A stretch of 64,000 nucleotides of DNA from contig NW_003314317.1 in assembly GCF_000143415.4 (NCBI RefSeq), forward strand, positions 62,001 to 126,000. Direction: 5' to 3'. The notes beneath the pieces are model-generated. The model searched no databases. It saw only the letters and a program-made list of their open reading frames with translations, and was not told where the DNA came from. Every line of letters starts with the position of its first letter. The stretch's first letter is position 1. Source of the DNA: Selaginella moellendorffii (Eukaryota > Plantae > Lycopodiophyta). A program made the position numbers and the translations under genes. Of this stretch, positions 35,901-47,295 are shown piece after piece.

Positions 35901-38429
35901 CGGATCAAGTTGTGTGCTCCACAGAGGTCAATCTTGGTGAAGAAGCGGGCACCGCCAAGGCATTCCAACAGGTTCGAGATCAGGGGTAGTGGATAACAGT
36001 TCTGAACAGTCACGTTGTTCAAACCTCAGTAGTCGATGACTAGCCACAAACTCCCATCCTTCTTCTTGACAAAGAAGACAGATGCTCCAGCAGGGGACTG
36101 CGAATGCTGAATGTACCCCAAGGCAAGGTTCTAGTCCACATACTCTTTGAGGGCTTTAAGCTCAGACAGGGATAACCCGTAGATAGGCCCCCATGGAGGT
36201 GACGCTCCTTCCTGTAAATCAATGGGATAGTCGTAAGGCCGATGAACAGGTAGTACACTAGCTTTTTTCTTGTCAAACACATCCCCAAAATCATGATACT
36301 TCTCAGGAAGACTAACAGGAGAAACATGCAAAGCAAAAAGGAAAATAGGTTCTTCATGAAGGAGTTCTTTCATAGTGATTGTGGAGATAGGAGGAAGCGT
36401 ATGACTGAATGGAATGATGGAACGAGGATATTGTCCAATGTAAGATGGAAGAGAGGGAAAAGAAGAGGGTGAAAACTTCGTAGAGTCAGGAATAGAACCC
36501 CGATTTGAGTTTAAGGAACTTTTCCTGATTCGGACTCGATGAACAGCAGGAGAAGCCATGGGAGATGGTGACATGGGAGAGACAAGTTGTAATTCCTTCC
36601 AACAGATCTGAGGCTGGTGCAGTTGGAACTAAGGAAGGCCGAGCACCACAGAGGAGGACTTGTTGTTAATGATGTTGAAGGTGATATAGATAACAGTGGA
36701 CCTAATGTGTACTTGAAAGGGCAACGTTTCCCTAAGTCCAGAAGATGGAGACGCCCGTTGATGCCTTCAACCCTCAAATCCCGTATGGTAGGAGAAAGAG
36801 GAACGTGATGTCGGCCAGCAAAGTCCGTGTCTATGAAGCAGGAAGTTGCACCCGAGTCTAGTAGCGCTAGAGCTTTGAGTCCTGATTGTCCGGTGAAAGA
36901 AAGGAGACATGGGATGCAGAAGTTGCGAGAATTGGTGATGGCTTTAATGAAAGGTGGTGAGGAGCTTAATAAAGAAGAAAAGTGATTTTTATTCGGGGAG
37001 TCCAAACAGATAGCTCCTACTCTGTTTGGAGGTCATTTCCCGATTGCAATAGAGGTGGATCTTGAGGCAGAGTGAACTCGAGCAATCGGGGAGGCTTCTT
37101 GGGACACACAGCTGCTTTGTGATTAGGATCAGCACAGTAGAGGCAAAGATTATGGGATATTCAATGTTGCTTCTCAACAGGACTCAACTTCCCTCTGATG
37201 AGTTGGGGAATACCAGAAATATCCATCGGGACCGGAGCAGTAGGTTCAGGAGTATGCCCCAAAGACTCAAGCTGGGATTTCTAAGTTTGGGACGGGAAAA
37301 CGGTAGCGTAGTGACTTTCTTGACAACCTTCAAAGAGACAATTGTCAACTTTGTTGATGGCGTCCGACAGGTCCGTGGGATCCTCCATAGTGAGCAACAA
37401 ATCCTTGACACTATTGTTGAGGCCAAAACGAAATTGATCAATCAGGGCCCTCTCATCCCACTAAGTGTCCAAGGCAAGGAGTTGGAACTTCGTAGCATAG
37501 ATTGAGGCAGGACGAGACCCTTGAGAGAGACGTCTCATCTTTGTGGTGGCAACCTGAACTCGATCCGTCTCGCCAAAACATGCTTTGAGCTTCTCTTTGA
37601 ACAACTGAAGATCCATCAGCTCTGGAACCACAACCCTTTTCATGCTCTTCTCTAGGAGAGGAGAAAGCCATGATAAAGTTGCACCTTTGAGCAACATCCT
37701 GATCACGCCGATTTGAGACTCAGGAGTGGGGTACCACCGATGTTGAAGTGCAAAGATCAGCTCCATCTGGTTCAGGAATCCACGAAGCTCCGAACGCTTA
37801 CCTGAAAACTTCACCAAGAAACTCACCTTTGGTTCAGGAACTCTGCTTGATCCTTGAGCCGAAAGTGAAACAAGCTCCTGTTGCATGTGAAGAAGGGTCA
37901 CCTTCAGCTCAGTATTCTCATATTGGATTTTTGCAAGGACTTCGGCAAAGAAATCAGGATGGCTTGGAGATTCTATCAGCAAAGAAGAAAGAAAAGGGGG
38001 GAAAAAGGCAAAGGCAGTCAATCAAGATGAGCTAAAGCAAAAGCAAAAAAACACAATCTGAATCAAACTGTCAAGACCCCCAACAAGATCAGGATTGGAA
38101 AATGCAAAAGACAAAGAGAAAAGCTAGTGGAAACAAGGAAGAGGCTTTAGACTAATGTTGATTTAGATTGTGGAGAAATGGAACAAGGCTAACCTATATA
38201 TACTATAGGTTGATGAAGCTCCATCACTCTTGGATCGAAGACGGCCTAAATATAGTTGAGGTCAAAGAGGCGCCATGTCATCATCAGAAATGTTGCTCGA
38301 AACTCAAGAATCGTACGGGAAATTAGAGAGTCAGGAATAGGGAAGTGTCTTGAGAGTCAGGAATGTGGTCTATAGGTCAGGAATCCAGCGAGAGTCAGGA
38401 ATGTGGCAAGAATTGGGGGATTCCTGACA
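32908..38429 (-). mobile_element. Ty3/gypsy chromovirus LTR retrotransposon, decayed (copy 2, same family as 12923-18345); 5' LTR 38429-38069, 3' LTR 33263-32908
   Basis: Perfect TSD AAAGC (32903-32907 / 38430-38434); PPT GAGGAGGGGG before the 3' LTR; gag-PR-RT-RH-IN-chromodomain remnants colinear with copy 1. Confidence 0.95.
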
Positions 38430-38721
38430 AAAGCTATCAAAGAGAATAACTAACTATCATGAAAGATCATCAATCGTTCCATCAATAATAAGATGCATAA
38501 TCATCGTTGAAAAAAGAATCCACTATCCCGAAGAATAGCAACTCATTCTGCATCAATAATAATCAAGCAAAACTTTTTGACAAGGATAATCAATTATCCG
38601 AGATAATAGTCAATCATCACCAATAATTGCTAGATGCAAAAACCAATTTCAACATCGAAACTAACAAGTCAAAATGCCTTCCCCAACAACTTTAAATAAA
38701 TAGACCACAAGCATAAAAACT

Positions 38722-39384
38722 TGTAGCACATGTGATCATGGGATGAGATTTGAATATACTATCACTGTGGATTCTTGGAACCTTGGGAGATAAATAGGGA
38801 TAAAATAGCCATTAAGGGCTCTCTCATCAAGCAATTGCCCCTTATCCAAGGGACTTAAGAAGAGAAAGATAAGGTGCACTACATGTGGTATCGAAGCAAA
38901 TGGCATGAGTTCGATTCCCATTAATCAGTGGCTATTTAAAAATATAATATACCCTTGAGCAAGGTATATTCCTACCCCTAAATTTGAAATCATACTTATT
39001 AGGCATCCATGCATACGTCCATGGAGTATCCACAGACGAAGGTATTCATCATGGGACTGCGATACGGGTGGATGACTAGTTGCCTCACATGAAATAACTA
39101 GTCTACACAATGGAAGGATTGGTAGATTTAGTGTGGAAATGGAAGTGTTAGTTCCTCTTGGCTTAATAGGGGTTGTTAGTTAATAGTCAATGAGAACATT
39201 GACATCTTTGAAGGGGGGGTGAGTGTAGTGCATGTGATCATGGGATGAGATTTGAATATACTGTCACCATGGATCCTTGGAACCTTGGGAGATAATGGGG
39301 ATAAAATAGCCACTAAGGGCTCTCTCATTAAGCAATTGCCCCTTTTCCAGTTAGCTTAAGGGGAGAGAGATAAAGTGTGCTATA
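38722..39384 (+). mobile_element. TRIM (terminal-repeat retrotransposon in miniature), 663 bp
   Basis: LTRs 38722-38883 and 39224-39384; PBS TGGTATCGAAGC; PPT GAAGGGGGGG; TSD AAACT on both sides; non-coding interior. Confidence 0.92.
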
Positions 39385-41762
39385 AAACTTAAGAAACCAA
39401 AAGTTTGAAGAAGTTTATATTCAAATCGTGCCTAATAATGATCATAAGTCTTATATAAACTAACTTCAATGCTAAAGAAAAAATCATGGTACAACCCATA
39501 ATAACCCCTTTAACACATCCATAAGGTAAATTTCATAATGCCAAAACTAATGAAGAGCATATTGCATTAATTCAAAAGCCAAGCACTATGGAGTTATGCT
39601 CAATAAGTGATTATTAAACAATCCTCCATAAATCTATCTATAGCAAAATGTAACTCACTTTTTTTAATAAACATAAGAAGAATCATCAATGATCAATATA
39701 TCCCATGTTAAATTCAACAAGGATTCAAATATTCTAATATCAATTACTAACTCTCCCTTTTGTAAAGCTAACATAATCCATAACTAAATCACTTTTCAAG
39801 TTTTTAATAGCAAGCCTAGACAAAATAGTTTAGCACTTCACTGCTACCCATCCCATAACTCACCACTTGTAAAACCACCATAATCAATATGCATCAAGAT
39901 AAAGACTCTTGATTGGATAATGTGAACATGAACAATAAGTTAACACTTCATTGCAAATCATCTCTTCAAGAAGAGAAAATGATTTATGTGTTTGATCTTT
40001 TGTCCCTAATAACTCTCTTTCTAAACTCTACTTTGACCAAACCTCAAACTTGCTTTCACACTACCTTTAGTCCAATCCAAATTTTTTTATAAGAGAGCAT
40101 AGTAACAACTATTTGAACTAATAGACTAATCCCTACAATCTTGATTGATCCACTTATAATCATGTATAGAAAGGATCCATTAAGACAGACTAGCCTATTT
40201 GCCACTCATAACAAACCTAAGGTTTACTTTCACCCATGGTACATGGTTCAATTCATGGTAACCACCGATAGCCTAATATTAATCCTACCAACTCAACGTG
40301 CAACCTTGAGTTGCTAATGTGCCTCATTCACTCACCCAAGTGCAAACTTGTGCAAAATAATACACCTTAAATCCATCTTGTTAACTCAAAGTGCAACCTT
40401 GAGCTGGTAATGTGCCTCACTCACTCACCCAAGCACAAACTCATACAAATAGACAATCCATCCTATTAGCCCAAGAGCAAGCTAACATAATATGGTACAA
40501 AAAGGTAATTAAAATCTATATCCAAGGAACGAATGCAAAGTCTTAGCACCCAAACATGTACCCACTCAAATCATCGTTTTCATCTTTGCATATGCAACAA
40601 GACTAATTGCCCAATTTCATTGGATAATACTCGCTGAGACATATTCTCTAATACTAAATGTAGTGTATATGGTTTTACCCTTTATCCTATGGTGATTTAC
40701 CATAGGATAACCACAAAGTAGAACCTAAACCCTCCATATGCCACATGCCACATGCCACATGTCCAATGACAATGGAGTGGAACCAGGGTTTTAAAGCCTT
40801 GAGCCACTAAATGAAGGAACAGAACCAAACTCCTAATCATGGAGCCAAGGAACAAAGGTGCTAGAGCATAGAGTGACTCTCGAGCATACAACCTAAGGAG
40901 CGAAGGAACAAGAGCACGGAGCGACTTAGAACAATTCTAGAGCATCCAACATCCCAATGCCAGGATCAACACAAAAAATGGAGTCTAGCATTATTTCAGT
41001 ATACTAGTGGCATAACGGAAGAATATAGGTACTCCACCAGCTAACATGGAATAGAACTTGGGCTTAGACCCAAGCCGGATGCAGAACAAAGATAGACACA
41101 CAAATAGGAGTTATACTATGCCTCAGATTAATTGGCCATACCTAACTTACCTACTATTTTTACTATACATTTGGAAACCCCCTAGGAACGCATGCTATGG
41201 GCTTTCACTCTTAGTCACCCTTAGTACCAAGAGTTAGTCTTTGGAACTAACTTGAAACTTACTAAATATGGAATGTCTTTAAATTGTAAATTTGGACAGG
41301 GAACGAACACTAGTTTGTTTAGGACAATCTCTACATTCCATAAATATGTCAAATGAGCGAATCTAAACACTTTTCATAAATAGCAATTAGAACTGAATAG
41401 AATTAACACAAGGTGCATGATAGTGAGGGTGTTTAGCAAACACGGTAAGCTATCATTTTGCAAATATTGAGGGACCAAGCTCAATATTGCGGGGGTTCCC
41501 AACACTAGCAAGTGCAAGCCAACAACATAAGTTTCTCATCACCGTGTTAAGTATGCTTGACTAAATGACAAATTAAGATTTCCTTCTTTAGTGCCCTTTC
41601 AGTCTAAATACATATGTAATGATTAATTTTTCAACTAGCTTAGGTGGAGACTAATAATGGGTCTAGCAATATCGACCTCCTGCCATTGTGGCAGTAAGGA
41701 AAAAATATCTAAAAAGACTAGCCAACAACTAATTTCCGATCCCTGAAGTCATATTTATAATA

Positions 41763-44292
41763 ATTATTATCGGTTAAAAGAGGTGATTATTTCGAATATG
41801 TACCCTCTTCCTCATCCTACTAATCTCCTTGATTGTCTAGGGAGAAGACGTTAGTTCACCAAGTTAGATTTTGCTTCTAGGTACTAACAATTGCCAATGG
41901 TTGAGAAGAATATTCTTAAAAACTTCTTTTTGTACATTATTTGACTTATATAAGTTCTTAGTGATGTTGTTCAGTTTGAACAATACTTTAATGTCTTTCC
42001 AGTAAATGATGTATGAAATTCTTTGCAATATCCTAAAGATGATTGTTGACTTTATCAATGATATCTTGATCCACTTAGAGGGGACATAAGAGGAGCACTT
42101 TTGTGATATTTATAAGGTGTTGGATCGGCAGTGGGAAGTTGGTTTAAAACTGAAGTGATTGAAGTGAATATTTGAGTCCAAAAACATGATTTATCTTGAA
42201 TACCATATTTCTTATAAAGGTTTACAAATTGATTCTAATAAACTTGTGGATGTTCTAAAGTATAGTGCACTTTATCTCTCTCCCCTTACTTGGAAAAAAG
42301 GCAATTGTTTGATGAGAAATCCTTTAGTATTTATTTTATCCCTATTTATCCCCCAATATTCTATAAATTCACAGTGAACTATATTCAAATCTCATCCCAT
42401 GATCACATGCACTACATAAAGTTCCCTACTCCGAATTCTGTAAATGATATGTAACACTTCTTAAGCAAGGTGTAATATCTTGGTTAATTCATTGATAATC
42501 TCTAATCATACTACACTGTTATGAGTATTATTGCAATTGTCAACATCATCCTTCATCCAGTCTATGAACTAAGAGTGGGTGTTTATAGATCTCAAAGAGC
42601 TATTGATAACTACTCTAATTTTAATGTATTTTGATTTCACTTGATCTTTCATTTTGCATGTGGATGCTTTTAATATCAATCTTGGAGGTATGTTGATACA
42701 AAAGAGCTTGAGTTTGCTTAGTCAATGCCATCCCATTGCATATATTAATTATACATTACAACTAATAAAAATGAATTACTCCACAACAAAGAAAAAGTGT
42801 TTACTAGTAGTTTAGGGGTTTTAGAAGCTTCATAGATATTTATATGGTTCTCAAACATTACCAAAAGGTGATCATGTTATAATTACTTTGTTATTAAAAT
42901 GGAAGCACTTAGTTGGTTATATTGTTCAACCCTAAAGTTTCATATACTTTATTTTTAGGTTGTTCATTAGTGTTATGGTTAATACTAATACCCTTTCTTG
43001 AGCTTTTGTCCCTTCTTCACTCTCCTCTTGTTACTAATGAGCTTATTGTTCTAGTGTCACTAGATTTTCTGGACAAAGATTTCATATTGTTAGCAATTGT
43101 TATACTTAATATTCAATGTCTAAAAAATACGGAGCAAACCTTCTCTTGATAAGGTTCATGAGGCTCAAAAGGTTAGAGGTATGAATCCAAAAGCTTCATG
43201 ATGGATTTGAGAATCCCACATCACTTGTTGATAACTTGCCGTTTCACCATTTATATTCTCAATATTGCCTTGAAGACAACTTTCATTATTTTATGGGGAC
43301 AAATTTTAATGATCATTTATAGCTGGTGGTACCTTCAATCTTTATTCTATACTTTTTCCATGCTTACTATGATTATCCTTTTCTAAGTGGGCATATAAGA
43401 TATTATTGGAAAAGCTATGCAAGTCTTTCAATTGGCCAAAGATACAACATGATGTTATTCAGTATGTGCATAGCTGCATTTGGTATCAGGTTCTTATCAC
43501 TCCTCTTATGCTACAAAAAGACAGTTGGAGTAAATTGCAATTTCCTATCAGTTTGAGTTGATGGTGTTGATTTGATAAAGCCTTTTCTACAGTTGACTAT
43601 TAGCGATAAGTATATCATTATTGCTTCTGACTATTTGACTTGCCAAGTGGAAGCTAGTGCTTTTGCTATTACATTTACAATTATTGTTGGATATTTCCTT
43701 CTCAATTAAGTGGTGTTTTAGCATTTCTGCTAAAGTGGATTCTCTCTAAAAATAATTCTACATTTATAGTTGAAGTATTTCATGTTTTAACATTTAACTA
43801 GGGATACACCACACTTTTATAAGTGTTTATCATCCACAGATAGATAATTTAGTGAAATGGGTTATTTGGACATTCAATGGGATCATTGTGAAGTACATGA
43901 ACTTCTAGCATTTCGATTGAGATGGATATTTACTATTTCTTTGATATGCATATTCATAAGGATACAAAGTTCTGTTAATGCTTCACTAGATAAACTTTTA
44001 TATGGTTATAATTTGATATTGCTAATGGAGTTAAATTTACCTTTGCGATTGCTATAAACTATTGATGATATGTTTTGGGATCAATATTTGATAAGCATTC
44101 TTCCATTAGTTTGAGTGGAGTTTATTGAACACTTAGGTTGCATACAAGTGGGATAATAATGACATTACAACTCCTATCATTATCCATTTGCAAAGTATAA
44201 AGTGGATGTTTTGGTATTAGTTAGTTTTCCCAATTTTACGATATATGGTTTTTCTAAGGAACTCTCTACTTAATAGAAGGGACTATACCAAG
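41763..44292 (+). mobile_element. Old, heavily mutated Ty3/gypsy pol remnant (RT, RNase H, integrase)
   Basis: Degenerate motifs NMYPLP..LLDCLG...FTKLDFAS, LHVDAF..NLGGMLIQ, NYSTTKKKCLLVV and YHPQ. Confidence 0.75.
42261..42416 (-). mobile_element. Solo LTR of the TRIM family inserted in the old pol remnant
   Basis: Reverse-complement match to 38722-38883; TSD TAAAG on both sides. Confidence 0.88.
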
Positions 44293-45310
44293 TGTTGCGG
44301 CAAGTGTACAATTACAATGTTGTACACTAATATTAGCAAAGTGTGTGTGTGTCTCTCTCTCTATATATATATAAAAGTACTTTACTAGATAAGAGTACTT
44401 TACTACTCAATCTTTCCTTTGAATAAATGCAATTACAATGTCATTTTTGGCTAAGAGAAAATATGCATAATATCTTGACTTGCACATTATTATATCAATA
44501 AAAATGGTTTTTTATATCAAATTCTTTACAAAAACCCATTTTATATATGTAAACAAAATGTGGCTGTTACTGTGGCTTGTATTATTTTATTTATCGAAGC
44601 TCTGTGAGTTAGGGTTTGCAATGGAGGATACATACATATGAAAAATGGCTATATATTTAGTTCTAAAAATTCTAGCTCCTTTGAATATAAGAGTGTAAAA
44701 AATTTCTTAAAGCTTGAAAATACTCTTTTAAATCATATTGCTGCTATATATTATATATGTTCAAAGATAAAGTTACTTACCAATTTTAAAATTTGAAACC
44801 TAGTTAAATGGCTTAAATGGTCATAATTTGATCAGAAAATTTAAATAAAGTAACTGTAGAAAGAAAGATAAATCTTTAAATTTTTTTTAATTTATAAATA
44901 TTGTCTAAGAAACTATAAAACTGTTATACATTTATAACTCTTTTAATTTTCTTTAATTAAAATCATCTGTATTCTTTTATTAGCTTAGAAAAAATTTAAT
45001 TTATAAAAATTAATACTAATACACTATTAAAGTTCTTGTTAGTTATATATTTTTTAGCAAAATTAAAACTTTTGAACTTTTATACAAATTTAATGAACTT
45101 AATTAGTGAATTAATTATTACCTGATTTACTTAAACATTGTTAAATTCATAAAAGACGTTATTCTTTCCCATGCCAATTGTTATGAATTAATACAAAATA
45201 CAAAATAAAAAAAATGTAATAACGATCGAATTAAATAAGCATAATAAGAAAAGTCTTTTTCAATCATATTTAAAATAAGCATATCTTAGAATAGTAATCA
45301 AAAAAAGAAT

Positions 45311-46348
45311 TCATCTCTTCTGGATTGAACGTTTCAAAACACCTATGTTTCCATTTGTGGTGTCCCTCAAAAATTCCTCCGGGACACGCGGATTTTCCAT
45401 CTCCAACGGCTGGTTCTCTCGCCTCGGTTGCACCGGTGCTTCAAATCCTTGAGAAGCATACCTTTTGATCCGCCAGGTTATCAATATCCCAGAACAAACG
45501 CCGATAGCTGGAAGAGCGTACGAAAGCATGCTGCCAGAGTTTCCTTTCGAATGCGCTGCTGCACTGGTAAGGCTGCCGATGGAAGTGTTTTGAAGTATCA
45601 TAGGAAGCCCACCGACAAGAGTTGGCAGAAGAAAGTCGACGAAGAAGCCGACGTTGGTGGCAGCCAGACCGTAGTTGATCACGTAAGATGGAACTGGCGA
45701 GAAGCGCGCGAGGAGAACGAACTTCCAGCCATCTCTCGCCACACCATCTCTTATGACGCTGAAGTATTTGTTCTTGCGCACAAAGCCAGACAGAGTTTCC
45801 GAGCTCCGGAATAGCAGTCTGCAAAAACATATATAGTATAAGGCTGGAACTATAAGAAGAAAACTAAGACAAGAACTAAAGAAGGAAACAAACCATACAA
45901 AAGCCTTTGGCTGGAACTATGTAAAGTCTGGAACTATAAGAAGCAACAAAAAAGAAACAAGAAGGCTAGAACTGAAAGAAGAAAGAACTAAGACGAGAAA
46001 ACATCCAAGGCGAAAGCTAAGAGGAATGAAAACATACCTTCCAAGCCAGAATGCTAGAGCAGCTCCCAAGACTTTGGCCGAGAAGACGCAAGCCACTCCA
46101 TGGACGAATCCAAACAAGAAGGACGCGGCGGCCTCGAACAAAACCGCGTAGGGGAAGCACGTCGCGATGGCGAGGGTATGAGCCAGCACAAACACTGGCA
46201 TTGCCCATCTTCCAAGGCGCTGGGAGACGCCCTGGAGTGCTTCCAGCATAGCCTGCCGATCGCCATTGTAGGCGTACAAGATCGAGGCATAGATCCCAGC
46301 TGTTGCGGTGGCGAGCGCGAGGAGAGTAAGCTTGGCCCCCTGCGCCAT
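45311..46348 (-). CDS. SNARE-associated Golgi protein (TVP38/TMEM64/VTT-DedA family), two exons (46348-46038; 45818-45311)
   Basis: FEAAASFLFGF..GVACVFSAKVLGAALAFWLGR and GWKFVLLARFSPVPSYVINYGLAAT motifs; GT-AG intron in phase. Confidence 0.9.
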
Positions 46349-46609
46349 CAAGAACCCTAGAATCCGCTCGCGAGCGGCGCAATGCGAGGCCGATACCGCT
46401 ACCTGGGGTCGATTCCCGCCGAGAAATCGCTCGATCGGATCGTTAGAAGCCCGATCGCCAAGAAAGAGAGGATCGCCGCCGCGCCGGCGTGACCGAGAAG
46501 AACACGCAAATAAACAAGCGCGCTGCGAATATCCAATATGATGCTTTCTAAAGCATATTCTTTTAGATAAAAACTTAGGCAAAGATCGCTACCGTTGATT
46601 TAGGGCACC

Positions 46610-47295
46610 ATGGATAGCTTGCATTTCGCGCTGGGAGCTCCTCTATGGCGGAGCCCAGGGTTTCATCGATTCAACCGGCGGCAATGGCCGGCGCTATCGA
46701 GAGATCATCTGGCACCACCTCGCTCGGTCGTGGCGAGAATCGACGCGGCTCAGAGCGCGGATGAGCTCCAGGAGCAGCTGGCCGCGCTCGTGGACGAAGC
46801 AAGATCGGCGAGAATGCGAGGTAATCTCTGTGTTTACTCGGAACGGGGAAGAAATTTCTTCCTGTGAATCCAGCGGACAAGGCGCGGGCAAGATTTATGC
46901 GGCTAACGGAGAGTGTCGAGCAGATGAATCTCCGCGCCGCGGCGGAGATTAAGGCCGGGAATGAGGACGCGGCCAGGCAGCTGATCAAGGAGAAGAGGAA
47001 TGTAATGGCTGCGCTAGAGCTGTCCAAGAAGCGAGCCGCGTTATTGGAAGAATTCGCGACAAAGCTCAACCAGGTATTCTTCTTATCATCTTTACAAGCA
47101 TAGAACTATCTCTTCCTTCTATTCTTACAGGTTATTTCTTTGAAAGAAACTCGTTTGATGGCGTCCCTATCGTTGGGAGAGCTCAGCGATACGACGACCA
47201 CTTCCAGTGTGCGAATTGTTCCTCCAAAAGATAGAGTGCTGATCGTCCCTCCAAAAGAGAAGGCAACTGGCAGAGACGATCAATGTAGCAGCTAG
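46610..47295 (+). CDS. Conserved plant coiled-coil protein with probable plastid transit peptide (resembles Arabidopsis At1g06510 from memory), three exons
   Basis: ARARFMRLTESVEQM...GNEDAARQLIKEKRNVMAALELSKKRAALLEEFATKLNQVISLKETRL; introns after 46820 and 47073; TAG at 47293-47295. Confidence 0.7.

Larger units (their letters stand above)
31131..41762 (-). mobile_element. Non-autonomous (LARD-like) LTR element hosting nested insertions; 5' LTR 41762-40659, truncated 3' LTR 31780-31131
   Basis: Degenerate tRNA-Met PBS (TTTAGTATTAGAG) after the 5' LTR; PPT AAGAGGGGGAAAA immediately before the 3' LTR start TGTCA; ~2.7 kb internal region with no intact ORF once nested elements are removed. Confidence 0.75.

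Noticed and set aside
38722-39384. Possibility that the TRIM is a Cassandra element
   Set aside because: Its LTRs contain no 5S-like sequence
44350-44405. Possible Helitron 5' end (TCTATATATATATAAAAG)
   Set aside because: Indistinguishable from a microsatellite; no 3' hairpin-CTRR identified
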